This document shows, in pieces, positions 25,801-40,900 of a DNA stretch of 64,000 nucleotides. Position 1 is the stretch's first letter. Every line of letters starts with the position of its first letter. Origin of the DNA: Octopus vulgaris (lineage: Eukaryota). The DNA lies in contig OX597823.1 of assembly GCA_951406725.2 (NCBI GenBank), positions 80,352,001 to 80,416,000 of the forward strand, given 5' to 3'. The notes under the pieces are model-generated. The model saw only the letters and a program-made list of their open reading frames with translations, had not been told where the DNA came from and ran no database searches. The translations under genes and the position numbers were made by a program.

Positions 25801-28800
25801 TTAAGAATATAAGAAAAATTAAAAAAACATGCATCTGTTGAGAATAAAGAAAGGATTTCTACCTTCAGTTCTGCAGTAATTGTCACAGTGAACAGAAAAT
25901 TAAAAGCTACAGTTGGCTATTATGCTATTTGTTAATTTTAACAAAAAAATCTTATCTGGACCCTACAGGATATTATGCACCCCAGTTGAGAACCATTGAA
26001 CAAAATGAAGACATTATATAGAGCAAAAGACATAAACATAATTTGCTTACATCGTAAATGGTTCCATTGAATAGACATTTGCAATCTTTCTCATCCGACC
26101 CATCTTCACAATCGACAATTCTGTTACAGCGATGATGGTGAGGCAAACATTGGGAACAATCATGACATGGGAATGTCCCAGATGGACAATGACAATCTAC
26201 ACCGGTGGTAGTAGGAGCTGATGGAGCTATAGTGGTTACTGAAAGCAAAGTAAAATCACAGTTAGAAAACAAACAAAAAAAAAATTGGTCTCATTTTCGA
26301 CAAGGCACAAAAGGTTCTGTACTTTAAAAGATGAAGAAATGGGATGTGATGCTGATACATTTTGATCTGATTTCAAGGAAAACATTTGAAAAAAATGTCA
26401 AAAACTTGAACATCTCGGGACAAATACTGCAGTAACTGGCCTATCAACAGTGTATATACATTCAGTATGATACCTAGATGGCTATTTTAACTAAATTCAG
26501 TCTCAATTGCATTTACTGAATTACTATAGATAATATATCAATTCATCTTAAACTTAACTGAATATGAAGACACTTGCCCAAGATGCCACTGCATAGCATT
26601 TACATTCTTAGTGGTGGGGTGGCAAATTCCTGGGAACATGGTCAGGTCACTTAGAGTAAAGGACTCAAAGTTAGAAGTGAGTATTAATAAGCTTAATCTA
26701 TGAGTTCAATGATGCTGATTTATGTCAGACAAATGAGAGAGGGCTGCGTAGTACATGTTGTAGAGAATGATTCTATTGAAACTGAAAGTTTGTCTTGAGT
26801 CTCATGTTTCACATCACTGTGATTGTAATAAACATTATCAACCACACATACACTAGCACTGCTTCTATTTCGTATTTCATTTCATTGTGACTGTATTCTG
26901 GCCTAGAGATTGAAGAGGCATGAAACTCAAGTCATAAGACAAACTTTCTGTTTGGTAGCAGGAGGCATGAAAAAAAGCACTCATTACAGATAAAGTGGTT
27001 GACATCAGGAAGGGTGTCCAGCCATAGAAACTGCACCAAATCAAACACTGAAGAACATGCAGTCCTTAGACTCATATGGCTATTAAATGATGAGTGTGTG
27101 TGTGTGTGCATGTGTGTGTATGTATGTATACATATATGTGTGTATACATGTATGGCTTCGTGAACGGTTCAGAAATATAACTTACTTGGAACACATGAGC
27201 AACATTCATCTGGAGGAGAAACCAGTTCAAAACCCTAAGAAGAAAGAAACAAGGAAAAGAAAAAATAATTTGGTGTAAACAAAATTAAATGTATAATATA
27301 TAATTCAATGAACAAATTTAAAAATATCCTTTATATATAATATCCTGACTAATGACTGACATAATTCATTATTAAAAGAAATTCACTTTCAGCTGTGACC
27401 AATTATTGATGCATGCTGGTGAGGAAGCTTCTTCATGGTCACTTGATCTGCTAGAAACAGCAACGAAATTTATGTATTGGATTTTGGGGGACCCCAGATA
27501 AGGCTTAGCTTTTAAATTTGTGAATTGAAGCAAGAAATACATTGGAGAGAAAGGGGAAACAAACAAGACCAAAAAGACATGTGAGTGCATGTGTGTGTGT
27601 TTGTGTGTGTGTGTGTATTTGCACATTTGTATATGTTTGTGTGTGTGTGTGCATTTTGCACAAGCCCAGCCAAATATTCATATTGTGGCAGGTTTTCAAG
27701 AAATCGTGGGAGTATGGTCAAGAGGATATTTTGCTCTGTAGACCTCAAAAAGACATACAACCATGTTTCATGGGACTTGTGAGAGTTTCTGCAGGAGTAG
27801 GGGAACAACAGACAGCTTCTTGTTGCCTTGACATCCCTATATGAACGCCTTAGTATTTGTATTTGGATAAATGGTTGCTTACTCAAAACCATTTAATGTG
27901 GGTGCTGGACTCAGCCAAGTGTGCGTACTGTCACTTCTCCTGTTCATAATCTTTATGGACAAGATTGACATGCGCAGCCAGGTTGGAAGTGGTAACGAGA
28001 CCAGAGGATGAAGGCTCAGTCAGCTAGGATTTGCAGATGACATGTTACTATTCAACTGATCAAAAAGGGATCTCCAAAATGCTCTTGATAAGTTTGCTCC
28101 AGACTGCTGCTCAGTAAGAATGAAAATGAGGGCTGTGCAAACTGAGACATTTGTCCTCTCAAGGAAACCTGCACAATTCACTCTACATGTAACTGGAGTT
28201 CCACTGAAGCAAATGGAGAAGTTCATGTATCTTGGAGCCATTTTCAAAAGTGATGGCAAGCAAGAGGCTGAATCAAGCACAAGAATTGCAGGAGCTGAGG
28301 CACAAATGTGCCAGCTTCTGCACTGAGTCATCAGTAAAAGGGAGGTAGGTGTAAAAGCCAAACTCACTCTCTTCAATTCAGTGTTTGTGCCTACCTTTAC
28401 TTATGATCATGAATCTTGGATAATGACATAAAGAATCTGATCACAAATACAAGCAGCCAAGGTTCATCTGAAGGGTCTTTGGGGGTAATGTTAGTTGATA
28501 GAGAGTATAGCTTGGAGATCAGAGAAGTGCTACAGGGAAATCTTTCCTCCATCTCCGAATTGAGAGAACATAGCTCCAATATAACAGACATGTAGGAAGA
28601 ATGTCTCAGGAAATAATCACTGGACAGGTTTTGCAAACAAAAACCAACCAGCAGGAGACCCAGGGGTAGGCCCTGTTTGTCAAAATCCTTTCATCACCAT
28701 TCATGACCTCATTAATGACCTCCAGATCTACTTCAGATCTGTCTTCAACATATGAATTTGCATCAAGAATCTTACAAACCAAATACAAAAGCAAAGATCC

Positions 28801-31405
28801 ATAACAACAGTATGGAACATTTTATGTTTAATATAACTTAATTGTTCATCTTTTTTTACGTTCTGAGTTCAAATTCTGCTGAGGTCGACTTTGCCTTTCA
28901 TCCTTTTGGGGTTGATAAATTAAGTACCAGTTGTATACTGGGATCGATCTAATCGACTGGCCCCCTCCCCAAAACTTTCAGGCCTTGTGCCTAGAGTAGA
29001 AAAATCATATAACTTAATTGTGAATTTTAAACCTTCTTTAATTACTATTTATTTATCTAGAGCAGAGAAAATGTTCTGAAAACAGATAAAACTCACTTCA
29101 GCACAAGATTCCAAGTTGCAAATATGTACACACTCCAATGTACAGTTGTATTCATATACACATTCTTTGTTGCATTCTTCACCTTTCTGAATAAATTTCT
29201 CATGTGGCTATATATAAATATATAGAAAAATAAGCAGAAATTTAGTTGGAACTAGTACGAAATTTGAAAATATTTTTAATGTTTAGCATGAAAGATAGTT
29301 AACTGATGTTAAACAGGAATTTATGGATTTTAGTTCATCTAAATATAAGGCATTTAAGGAATGACAAGGATAATAATTAATAAAACAATGATGACAATAA
29401 CAAAGAGATGGTTAAAGACCATGGTAATGATGAGGAAGAACAGGGAAAGGATGAGAGTCATCATCATCATCATCATTCAACATCTGTTTTTCATGCTAGT
29501 GTGGGTTGGATGGTTTGACCGGAGCTGGTGAGGCCAAGAGTTGCACCAGGTTCCATTGTCTGTTCTGATATGGTTTCTATAGCTGGATGTCCTTTCTAAT
29601 GCCAACCACTTTATAGTGTCCTGGGTACTTTTTACATAGCACCAGCATCAGTGCTTTTTACATGGCACATGAAAATTGTGGTACTAGTGATGGTGATGAC
29701 ATGATGACATGATAACAATGATGACAATGGCTCTTGACATGATGACAATGGCTCTTGACAACAGCCAAATATCAGGAATTGCTAAATGAGGATCTTGTCA
29801 AAAGATAGCACATTCCCTCATTTCAATAGGGAATGAGGGCACATGTTACCATCTGCTGCTGCAACTTTCCACTGGGATTGGGGGGTGCTATTTCCTGAGG
29901 AAGATCAGTTTGATCCTAAACAACTGAAGAAGGCCATGAACAAGATAAAAACTAACTCAAGGTGACTGTGTTTGACAAGACAAGAGTCCACAGACAGAAC
30001 CCTTCTGCAGGTGAAGATTAATTCAGTCCTTACTGGTGAACTCAGGCAGAGCATACAAGCTATGGGGTGACCCTAACATATCTGTTAAAAAAAAAAATAA
30101 ATGCACCCTTTTAAAGCCTACCCAGGCTCATGGGCCTGTTTTCCCGGTTTCTGTGGTGTATGTGTTCCCCAGCTGGATGGGATGCCAGTCCATTGCTGCA
30201 TTACTCATTTTTGCCAGCTGAGTAGACTGGAGCAACGTGAAATGAAGTGTTTTGCTTAAGAACACAACGCATCGCCCAGTCCAAGAATCAAAACCACAAT
30301 CTTACGATCATGATGCTGACACCCCAACCATTAATCAACGTGCCACCACATAACATATCTATTGATGATACGTAAAAAGTTTCCAACTTTAGAATGGATT
30401 TAATTGCTGTCAGAAGAGTTTGCATTAATTTAAGGAGCCCCTGCTGTTTCTACATGGAACAAAGCATCCTTTATGTTTATTTCTTCACATGATGATGATA
30501 AAAGTACCAGACAATATGAAAGTACAAGACAATGATGAAAGTACAAGACAATGATGAAAGTACCAGACAATGATGAAAGTACCAGAAAAGTACCAGAAAA
30601 GAGGAGAATAGTAAGACATACATTTCACTTTAAGAGATGACAGGTGATCATAATAATAGTATTCTGAAATAATGTTAATACTAGCTTTGGTGATAGATAC
30701 AGATGTTTAAATTTGTAAATTTATCTAACCCACATTGAAACAAAAATGTTAGCAAAATGAAAGAAGCTAAAAGTGAGAACATCTCACCTTGAATGGATGG
30801 TTTCTGTTATCATCAGTACATACACAGGTTTCTTCCTTTATACAAAAGCCAGTGGCATTATATATCATACCCTCAGTGCACTGACAGCAATAACCTGAAA
30901 AATATGATAGAATAATAAACATTCCTTCTGTTGCATCATTTATCTACACTTCCACTTCTCAATATCAATATGTATCATAAGGAGGCAAGCTGGCAGAATC
31001 ATTAGGATGCAGGGCAAAATGCCTAGCAGCATTTCATCTGCCTTTACATTCTGAGTTCAAATTCCACTGGGGTCAGCTTTGCCTTTTATCCTTTCAGGGT
31101 TGATAAAATAAGTACCAGTTGAGCAATAGAGTTGGTGTAATCAATTTACTCACAACCCTGAAATTGCTGGCCAAGTGCCAAAATTTGAAACCGATACTAA
31201 TATGTTTTCCCTCTCTCACTCTCTCTCTCTCTATCTACCTCTCTCTCAGCATAGCTGAGTTTGTTTTTGCTACCACATTGGTTTTGCATTGTATCTCAGT
31301 CCATAGAATCTTAATCAAGTGTCTTCTGCAAAGAACCTTGACCAAGTGCCTCAAGTTGACCAATGTCTTGTGAGTGGATTTGGTGGATGGAAACTGTATA
31401 GAAGC

Positions 31406-31454
<49 letters not shown>

Positions 31455-34400
31455 ATGTGTGTGTGTGTGTAAAAGAGGAAAGTGTCCATTGTCTTTTTCA
31501 ATGGCATAGACAGAAAAGATAAGACAGAAGCTATTACTTTTTTAATGGCACAATCAGAAGAAGGATAACATCCATTACAATTTTAATGGCATAACCATAT
31601 AAAAACGACAAATAGCAGCACATTTGGCCTTCTGTGTATGGCTTCTAGGTCTTTGATAATGAGAAACTGTAAATCATATGTTGCTGCAATAGGAAACAAT
31701 GCATCAGGGTGCAGATCTAGTCTCTGAGTAGAGAGCTGGTTTGTATGCTTGCAACAAAGTAGACTCTGCTAAAGGCATCCAATTTGTTTATCAAACTGGT
31801 GTTGAACCAGATGGAAATTCAGAGAATACAGAAACAAAACTACTGAAATGCATATATCCAGCATTGCATTCTTTCTGTCAATTCACTCTGTTTTATCTTT
31901 AGAAACAAATTATCAATAGATACAAAGTTTAAAAAAGCAAAATAAGTAAAAAACAAAACAAAAACATAATAGTATTTAGTATTGCAATACCTGAGCTGTC
32001 AATTTGATCAGCTTTCACTTTGCATTCACGTCCAACAAGGATATCTTCACAAGTTGGTGTACAGCGGCAGATGTCATGAATTTCATTTGGTTTGTCACAA
32101 AGAGTAGGTGTTGTTGATGACAAAGTTGATGTATGCGGTGTAGTCAATGAAGGCTGCTCACAACCATTAAGAATCAGTTGGACTGTGTACACTTTCTCTG
32201 TACTTACCAAAGGTTCTAATAGTACAATTTTCAAAGCTCTGATGAAGGTTTTGGAGGGAAATTTATACAGTACATCTCCTGTAAAGTACTGCAAAATTCA
32301 AATACATAGTAAGTTAGATAAATTGATGAAAAAAAATTCTGAGACATGGGTTCTTGAATAATAAAATAATTATAAAATGTTCTTTTATTTATGAGATTCT
32401 GTGGTTTTAAAATTTGTTCTTTATCCATACACATACAATTTTATATATATATATATATATCATAATAATAATAATAATAATAGGGAGTATAGCTCCAAAC
32501 TTACAGGGAAAAAATTCAATTTAGTATTAAATCAAATATATTTTATTTATTTATGTCTATCACTGTTTGAGTTGCATAATAGTGGTTTTAACTCTAATTC
32601 ATATTATATATATATAATCAGTAAAATTTGCAGTACTATATATTTGGAAACTAAAAACAATGATTTTTTTATGGTTATTTATGACCAAGGATTATTAAAG
32701 AAAAAAATAATAACTAACAGAAACGTGCTTTTCATTTTCATATATACACACACACATTGCTTAAGAAAATCTCAAGAGAGTTGAACAGCAGAAGGTCTTC
32801 GGAGAAGGGGCCCACTTCAGCCAAGTGTTTCAGCCCTTGACCTCTTATACACTAAGGCCGCATCCAGATCATAACTCCTTGATGCCCTTCTTCTGATACT
32901 TTCAGCCATTTGGATATCAGAGACTTGTACATTTAAACTGCTTGGAGATTTCAAAAAGTTGGAACTCCTTTCAAACTTATACTTAAATAAGAAATAACAT
33001 TGGTTGTCATGGTAAATACAAACACACACAAACACACACACACACACATAGTATAGAGAGGGAGCTGAATTAAGGGGCAATGCACAGCTGAATCTTTGAT
33101 ACATAAAATGTAGCTTGAGCCAGAAAGTAAAAGTTGTATGCATAACCATCATTGGAAATTATCCTGGGAATGTTTGACCAAGAAATCAAGAGGTTAATAA
33201 TTCTTGTACAATACAAGAAATATTTAGATTTCTTTAATGAAAGTACTACATTTATTCATGTATACTCTTTTTACTCTTTTGCTTGTTTCAGTCATTTGAC
33301 TGTGGCCATGCTGGAGTACTGCCTTTAGTCAAGCAAATCGACCCCAGGACTTATTCTTTGTAAGCCTAGTACTTATTCTATCGGTCTCTTTTGCCAAACC
33401 GCTAAGTTATGGTGATGTAAACACACCAGCATCAGTTGTCAAGCAATGATAGGGGGACAAACACAGACACACAACCATATAGACACACATATATATACAT
33501 ATATACGATGGGCTTCTTTCAGTTTCCGTCTACCAAATCCACTCACAAGGCTTTGGTTGGCCCGAGGCTATAGTAGAAGACACTTGCCCAAGGTGCCACG
33601 CAGTGGGACTGAACCCAGAACCATGTGGTTCATAAGCAAGCTACTTACCATGCAGCCACTCCTATGCCTATTCATGTATATTGCACATTTTTTTCCCAAA
33701 TTTTTAACCCCCAAAATATGAGAAAGCCAAATTTTACTAATATTTTCACAACAATATTTGGGATAGCATGTTACATTCATTGTACAAGTTGACAGGTGTG
33801 TAATAAAGAAATTTAAATCATTATAATAATGTTACATATTTTTATGATATTCTTAATACATTAAATATTCATTGTATTTCCTGTATCCCTGTAAGATTAT
33901 ATGACATTGTTTTTTTTATTATTTTTTACTGTCTTAATAACAGATTAAAACGATTCAGAGATATAATGTAAAACCAAAAACAGAAACAAATGATAAAATG
34001 AACTTGATTTCTGTTTATATGCCATCCTGTACATCTTCTTTATGTTTATACTCTTTTACTCTTTTATTTGTTTCAGTCATTTGACTGTGGCCATGCTGGA
34101 GCACCACCTTTAGTCGAGCAAATCGACCTCTAATACTTATTCTATCAGTCTCTTTTGCCGAACCACTAAGTTACGGCAATGTAAACACATCAAGTGATGT
34201 TGGGGGTACAAACAGACACACATACATATATAAGACGGGCTTCTTTCAGTTTCCGTCTATCAAATCCACTCACAAGGCTTTGGTCGGCCCAAGGTTTTAG
34301 TGGAAGACACTTGCCCAAGGTGCCTCGCAGTGGGACTGAACTCGGAACCATGTGGTTGGTAAGCAAGCTACTTACCACACAGCCACTCCTACGCCTATAG

Positions 34401-34893
34401 CTACTTACCACACAGGCCACACACTTTGTATTTCAGTAATCTACTACACAAAAAGCATTCCAATTATGACCACTCAATTTAATATGTCTTTAATCATTTA
34501 TTTTTTATTTGTTTCAGTCATTAGTCTGCTGGGCCACTACATTGTAGAATTTTAGCTCAATGAATTGAGCCCAGAACTAATTTTTTTTTTGTGTGTGTGT
34601 GTGTGTGTAAGCCAGATGAGTTGATGGCATTTGTAATAAGACAGTTGTACCACTGTTTAGACTTGCTATATTTTATTTGCTACTCTTTACTTGTTTCAGT
34701 CACTAGACTATGGCCATGCTGGAGCATCACCTTAAAGAATTTTTTTAGTTGAATGAATTCACCCAGTAGTTATTTTTTAAACCTGGCACACCTTCTATTG
34801 AGGTCTTTTGCCAACCCACTAAGTTCTGGGTGACATAGATACATCACCACCACACAAACACACACACACACACAGACATACACATACATAGAT

Positions 34894-34926
<33 letters not shown>

Positions 34927-37900
34927 GTAATCATCATTTAACACCTGTTTTCCCTGCTAGCATGGGTTAGACAGTTTGACCAGAGCTGGTAAGCCAGAGA
35001 GCTGCACCAGGCTCCAGTTGTTTATTTTGGCTTAGTTTCTATGGCAGGATGCTCTTCCTAATGCCAACCACTTTACAGAATGCACCGAATGTCTTATGTG
35101 TCACTAACATGGGTGCCTTTTTATCTCTATGCCTTATAGATGTATGAGTCCTCACACACACACACACACACACATATGACGGGCTTCTTTCAGTTTCTAT
35201 CTACCAAATCCACCAACAGGGTTTTGGTTAGCCTGAGGCTACAGTAGAAGACACTTGCCCAAGGTGCCACACAGTGGGACTGAACTCTGAACCATGTAGT
35301 TAAAAAACAAGCGTCTTACAACACAGTCACACCTGAGCATAAATCTATATATAGATTTATCCATGAACATTATTAGGTTCAATGAAGGTGCTCTCTAGCA
35401 CCTTCGTCTTTATCTAATATCATTTTAGTTGCTATATTTAAAAGACATAAAACTTGTCAGCCTGCCTCATGGTCTCTGTGGATAAAATAGAAAAGGCATT
35501 GCTCTGGAGGACTTTGTTTCCTTATGTGTTTGATAGGACTGAAAAACAGGCTCAACCTTGTCATTTAACCTGCAAGAATTAGCAACCAAATTACCCTCAA
35601 ATCACACTATGTTGTCTTTAAAAAAAGAAGCCACTTTGAAAATTTAGTTCTAGAGAGACTTTATCTGAAAGAAAACAATGGAAAGGATAGCTAGAATATT
35701 TTTGCACAACAACAAAGTCAAATTTGAAAAATATCATAAAAATAAAACTCAATAAACAATGGAAAACAACTCACAGACTCTTCTTTATTCTGGTCCACAG
35801 CAGCCCATTCTTCATTATCTTTAGTCTTAATAAAAACTGCATATTTCTTGGCATTTGTTACAAGCTTTTGGCTAAGTACTTCAACAAGTGGTTCGTCATC
35901 TGTAGCCACAATGACAATAAGTATAGGATGCAACACTAAGTCAACTGGAACAGCCCAACCAGGTCTGTTAATTCTAGCATCAGAAGCTATGCCTACTTCA
36001 GTTGGGTAGCCTTGTATTCGCTCATCAGGTATCAAAAGTGGATCCATAGATGACATCCAATCCACAACAATACATTCTACAATGAAAATGTAATACATTA
36101 TCACAAATTTCAGAATAATAGGTACAGATAATAAATGGTAAAGTCATTTTCAGGATGTTGTTCAATCAATTTAACGGTGATCAAATGTTCATATATTATC
36201 TCTAACATTGTATTGTGTTTTTAATAGACATTTAACCCTTTCACATTTAAACCAGCCATACCAGGCGTAGGAGTGGTTGTGTGGTAAGTAGCTTGCTTAT
36301 GAACCAATCTTATGGCATCTAAACTTTTCCTACTAGTTTCATCTCAGAAAAGAAATTGAACTTGTAACTGTACACTAGCAAAATACTCATCAATTTATAC
36401 AGTGCTCACACTGTCTACAGTTGCATATTACACCATCCTGTGGTACATATTTATAGTTCAACATTGTTAGACTGGGAATTAATCTTTCAGCATTCCGATT
36501 ACTCTGTCTAATGTAATGCTTATTAATTTTCATTGTTTTGAATTACTCATGAATTATCTTGCCTTAATATGTCCTATACCACTGTCACATAAAATTTCGC
36601 CGAGGTCGACTTTGCCTTTCATCGTTTTGGGGTCAATTAAATAAGTACCAGTTTCGCACTGGGGTCGATATAATCGACTTAATCCGTTTGTCTGTCCTTG
36701 TTTGTCCTCTCTGTGTTTAGCCCCTTGTGGGTAGTAAAGAAATAGGTATAGGACATATTTAACTTACTTAAATAAGCACCCACTACAATCACTGAGTGGT
36801 TGGCATTAGGAAGGGCATCCAGCTGTAGAAACACTGCCAGACCAGACTGGAGCCTGGTGCAGCCTCCTGACTTCCCAGACCCCAGTAGAACCGTCCAACC
36901 TGTGCTAGCACGGAAAACGGATGTTAAACGATGATGATGATGATGATGATGATGAAATAAAATCTGAATTGAGGAAAAAAGAATTCAAACCTTCAGGTGT
37001 AGTTGATGGTACTGATGGGTATGTTTGCATGGAGGGAGATATTGTCGTTTGTGTTCCGTTTAATGTGACAAAGGTTGTTGGTGTTGTTACATATGGTGAT
37101 GTGGTAGTTATTGGTACACACTCAGGACAACATTTTCCAGCAGGAGTCATGAGTTCCAAACCCTGTAAATAAAGTAGGAAACTGCTTTTAATCCAAAGAT
37201 TAAAAAACCTAAAACAATAAATATCTTGGAAAGCTATCATAACATGATAATACTTGTGAATGCTGACCTAGATAACGTTGTTGCTGTTGAGCGAACAGTC
37301 TTCGTTCCAGAGCTTGCAAGATGGGAGAAGTCCAAAACGAGGTCCTTTGCTATTCGTAAGACCCGCAGAAGAGAAAGCAGGTCAACCCCCGACACCGAGA
37401 ACATCGACGGATGGATGAATGCACATCCAGGCTCAGCGGTTGCATAAGAAGTCGGGGACAAGAAACAGGAGGAAAGAGTGAGAGAAAGTTGGGGCAAAAG
37501 AGTACAACAGGGGTCACCACCACCCCCTGCTGGGAATTGAAACCGCGATCCTCCGACCGTGAGTCCACTGCTGTTGCAGTTTTTTTCCCGGTCAGCCCTG
37601 ATTGAACAGACCCATGGTCAAAAACCTGAAAACCATAACTCATAACCATTCAAATATATTTTATGATGTACCTAAGACTAAATTATTTTGGTTACACATG
37701 CTTTCACAAAATATAAGTTAAGGGAGATTCTGCTGCTATTTTTAGCAAGTTATGCAACTATATAGTGGATCCTTCTTTAGTTACAATATTGTACTGTTCC
37801 ACTTGGTAAAAGCATGCTTCTTCTTTTCTTTTCTACTCTAGGCACAAGGCCCGAAATTTTGGTGGAGGGGGGCCAGTCAATTAGATCAACCCTAGTACAC

Positions 37901-40900
37901 AACTGGTATTTAATTTATCAACCCCAAAAGGATGAAAAGCAAAGTTGCCCATGGCAGAATTTGAACTCAGAACGTAAAGACAAATGAAATACCGCTAAGT
38001 ATTTCACCCGACATGCTAACATTTCTGCTAGCTTGCCACCTTAAAAGCATGCTTCATCTGAGACAAAAATTAAAAATCTATGTCATTGCTCAATCTGTTA
38101 GAAATAACAACCAAATCTCTTGCAAGTGACACCATACCACCTTTAAAAAAAAAAGGAAGGACACACACCCGAAAAATAGGAATAATATAGTCATGGATAT
38201 GTATGGAATAATGTGTACATGGATATACCAAAAATATGGAATGTTCTCAACTGGAATACCTCTGTTCATTCCGAAGGTGCATGGTTTAGTATTTAGAATA
38301 TTTGGCTTGCAGTCGTAATGTCATGAGTTACATTCCCATCAGTGTGTTCTGTCCTTGAGCATGACACTTTATTTCATGCTACTCCAGTTCACTCAGCTGG
38401 CAAAAATGAGTTGTACATGTATTTCAAAGGGCCACCCTTGTCACATTCTATGTCTCACTGAATCTTCCTGAGAACTACATAAAAGGTGCACATATCTGTG
38501 GAGTGCAGCACTTTGGGCAAGTGTCTTCTACAATAGCCCCAAATTGATTAATATTTTTGAGTAAATTTGGTTGATGGAAACTGTGAAGAAGCCCTTATAT
38601 ATATATGTATATGGAGAGAGGCTGGCATGAGACTGCTGGCAATGGAAAGCTCTGGTAGACCTGGTCAGCTTTACACGTGGTGATGTCTTTGGGATCACTG
38701 ACCTGGGATGACCCCAGTTCCATCAAGTAAGAGCATGAAGCAAGCAAGCATAAAGTGTTTGTGTATGTGAAAATGTGTGTGTGTGCATGCGTGCATGTGT
38801 GCCTTTGTGTTTGTATTTTTCCAGCACACAGCCTAACAAACAGTGTTGGCTTGTTTACATCATCCTTGTAACTTAGCAGTTTGACAAAAGAAACTGACAG
38901 AATAAGTACCAGACTTATAAACAAGTACTAAGCGTCAATTTATTCAACCAAACTCTTCAAGGCTGCAGTTCAATAACTGAAACAGGTAAAAGATATAAAA
39001 TAAAGTTAATTAGCTCTCATTTATTCTTAATTTAGTAATTAAAAGAATTATACTTACTGGAGGACAAGTTATAATACCACAGCGATTGGTACAAGTAACT
39101 GTGTTATTGGAACATTCACAAATGTCACAGACTCGGTTCCATTTTTCATACGCCTAAAAAAATGGTACATTAAATTTTGCTTCAATATACTTTGAAATTA
39201 TTGGCTTTCACTGGCTTTTGTTTTATAGACATCAAATTAAACAAAGAAACAAAGCTGAAATCTTAGAATTCCACCAATCTTCAACAAGAGGCCATTCACC
39301 CGAGATATTTAAGAAGTGTTGCAACATAATTACAAAGCAGCAAGTTGTCTTCTTACACAGAAAACATGCTAACTGGAATCAGTTGTCCAGTATGGATCGG
39401 TATTGAATCTAAGACAAACAATCAATTCATGAACATTAATTCTGTGTAGGAATATAATTTTTAAGTCTTGATTTAAAAGACTTTTCATTGAAATAATTTG
39501 TCCAAACACAGAACAGGAAACTTGAAAATTGAAGTATGGTAATATATAGTTAATTACTTATCTTTCCTTTAATGCAATTATGGTCAAATACTTTTTTTTC
39601 AATCTGATTCTAGACAATTTAAATAAATATCTAAACTTAAGCATCTGATGGGAGATTTGACAAAATACCATGTTTGATAGTAAGTAAGAAGCACTTTTAC
39701 CAAAGAAAAAATTGTCTCAAAAGAAATCGGCCCAAGTCCTAAATGCAAAGTTGTACCTCCCATGAATTAAATTTGTGTTTTAATGCACAAAAACATTTTC
39801 CCTTTGAATATGCAAGGCTGAAACTGAGGTGTGTCTAACATGCCTGTGCATCTTTTATGCCTTCAAATTCAGTAACTGTGTTGTAAAAATCATGCAATAC
39901 ATCATAGGGAAAATGGATTAACATCAATTATAATGATATTCATTTACACTGCCTAGTAATACATTTTTGGATTACAATTTTCAGAAGAAAACTTTTAGAC
40001 CTATATTTTTCTTATTAATTTGTTAATACTGCTTACCTATATTAGAAAGTATGTAATCTGACCAGAGAAAAATTGACTTTGACTACAGTAAATGACTTTC
40101 AATTAGGTTGATGTCACAAGAATTTAACCCCTTTGATACCAACCTGCCTGAAATTGACCCTGGTTATATGATACAAATTCCATTTTTAAATTATCTAAAT
40201 TAAAATTTTTCCATCGAAATTCCATTTTAGTTTATGTTCCAAACACCAGTTTAATTATGAGTTATTTTTGTGAAGTCTTTATTATTCTGATAATTAATTG
40301 ATACATAGAATGAATATTTCAACAGAAATAAAGGTAAGATAGGTGGGACAAAACTATACTGTTAGGCATTAATTTGAAGAGTCAACAGTTTTAGAGATTT
40401 CACTGCCTTAATTCTAGCAATAATGCTGTAACATCTGAGTTAAATAAGCAGAGGTAATTCTAGAAATAGTAATAACAAGAAAGGATGAAGGTAAGCTTAG
40501 TAAGTGGTGTTAATGATATGCTTGTTATTGATGTTAGTGTTGTAAGTGATGACAAAGCTGTTGCTAATGTTGGTGATACTCACACTTCCTGAAGTCAGAA
40601 GGACTGATCATGTTTGTTGTTTGGATACTTGTGATTATGGAAGGTCAAACATTTTACTCTTATATTAATCTGAAGCATTTGATTAATGCTTTTGTCACTA
40701 TATTTCCATTGAAATACACTATTTCCATTGAAATACACTTAATCATTACTAAGATGATGTTTGGAACATTAATTAACATTAAATTTTGGAGGCAGATTTT
40801 AATTTCAATCATCATGAACTAAACAAAGTTTGTATCACAGACACCAGGACAGTCTCAGACAAATTTATATCAAAAGGATTTATTAATAAATATTTTTCCT

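Noticed and set aside
40480-40650. Possible extra Thr-rich exon or micro-exon (GTGAGT donor near 40580)
   Set aside because: No frame-preserving acceptor/donor pair; flanking exons already join in phase
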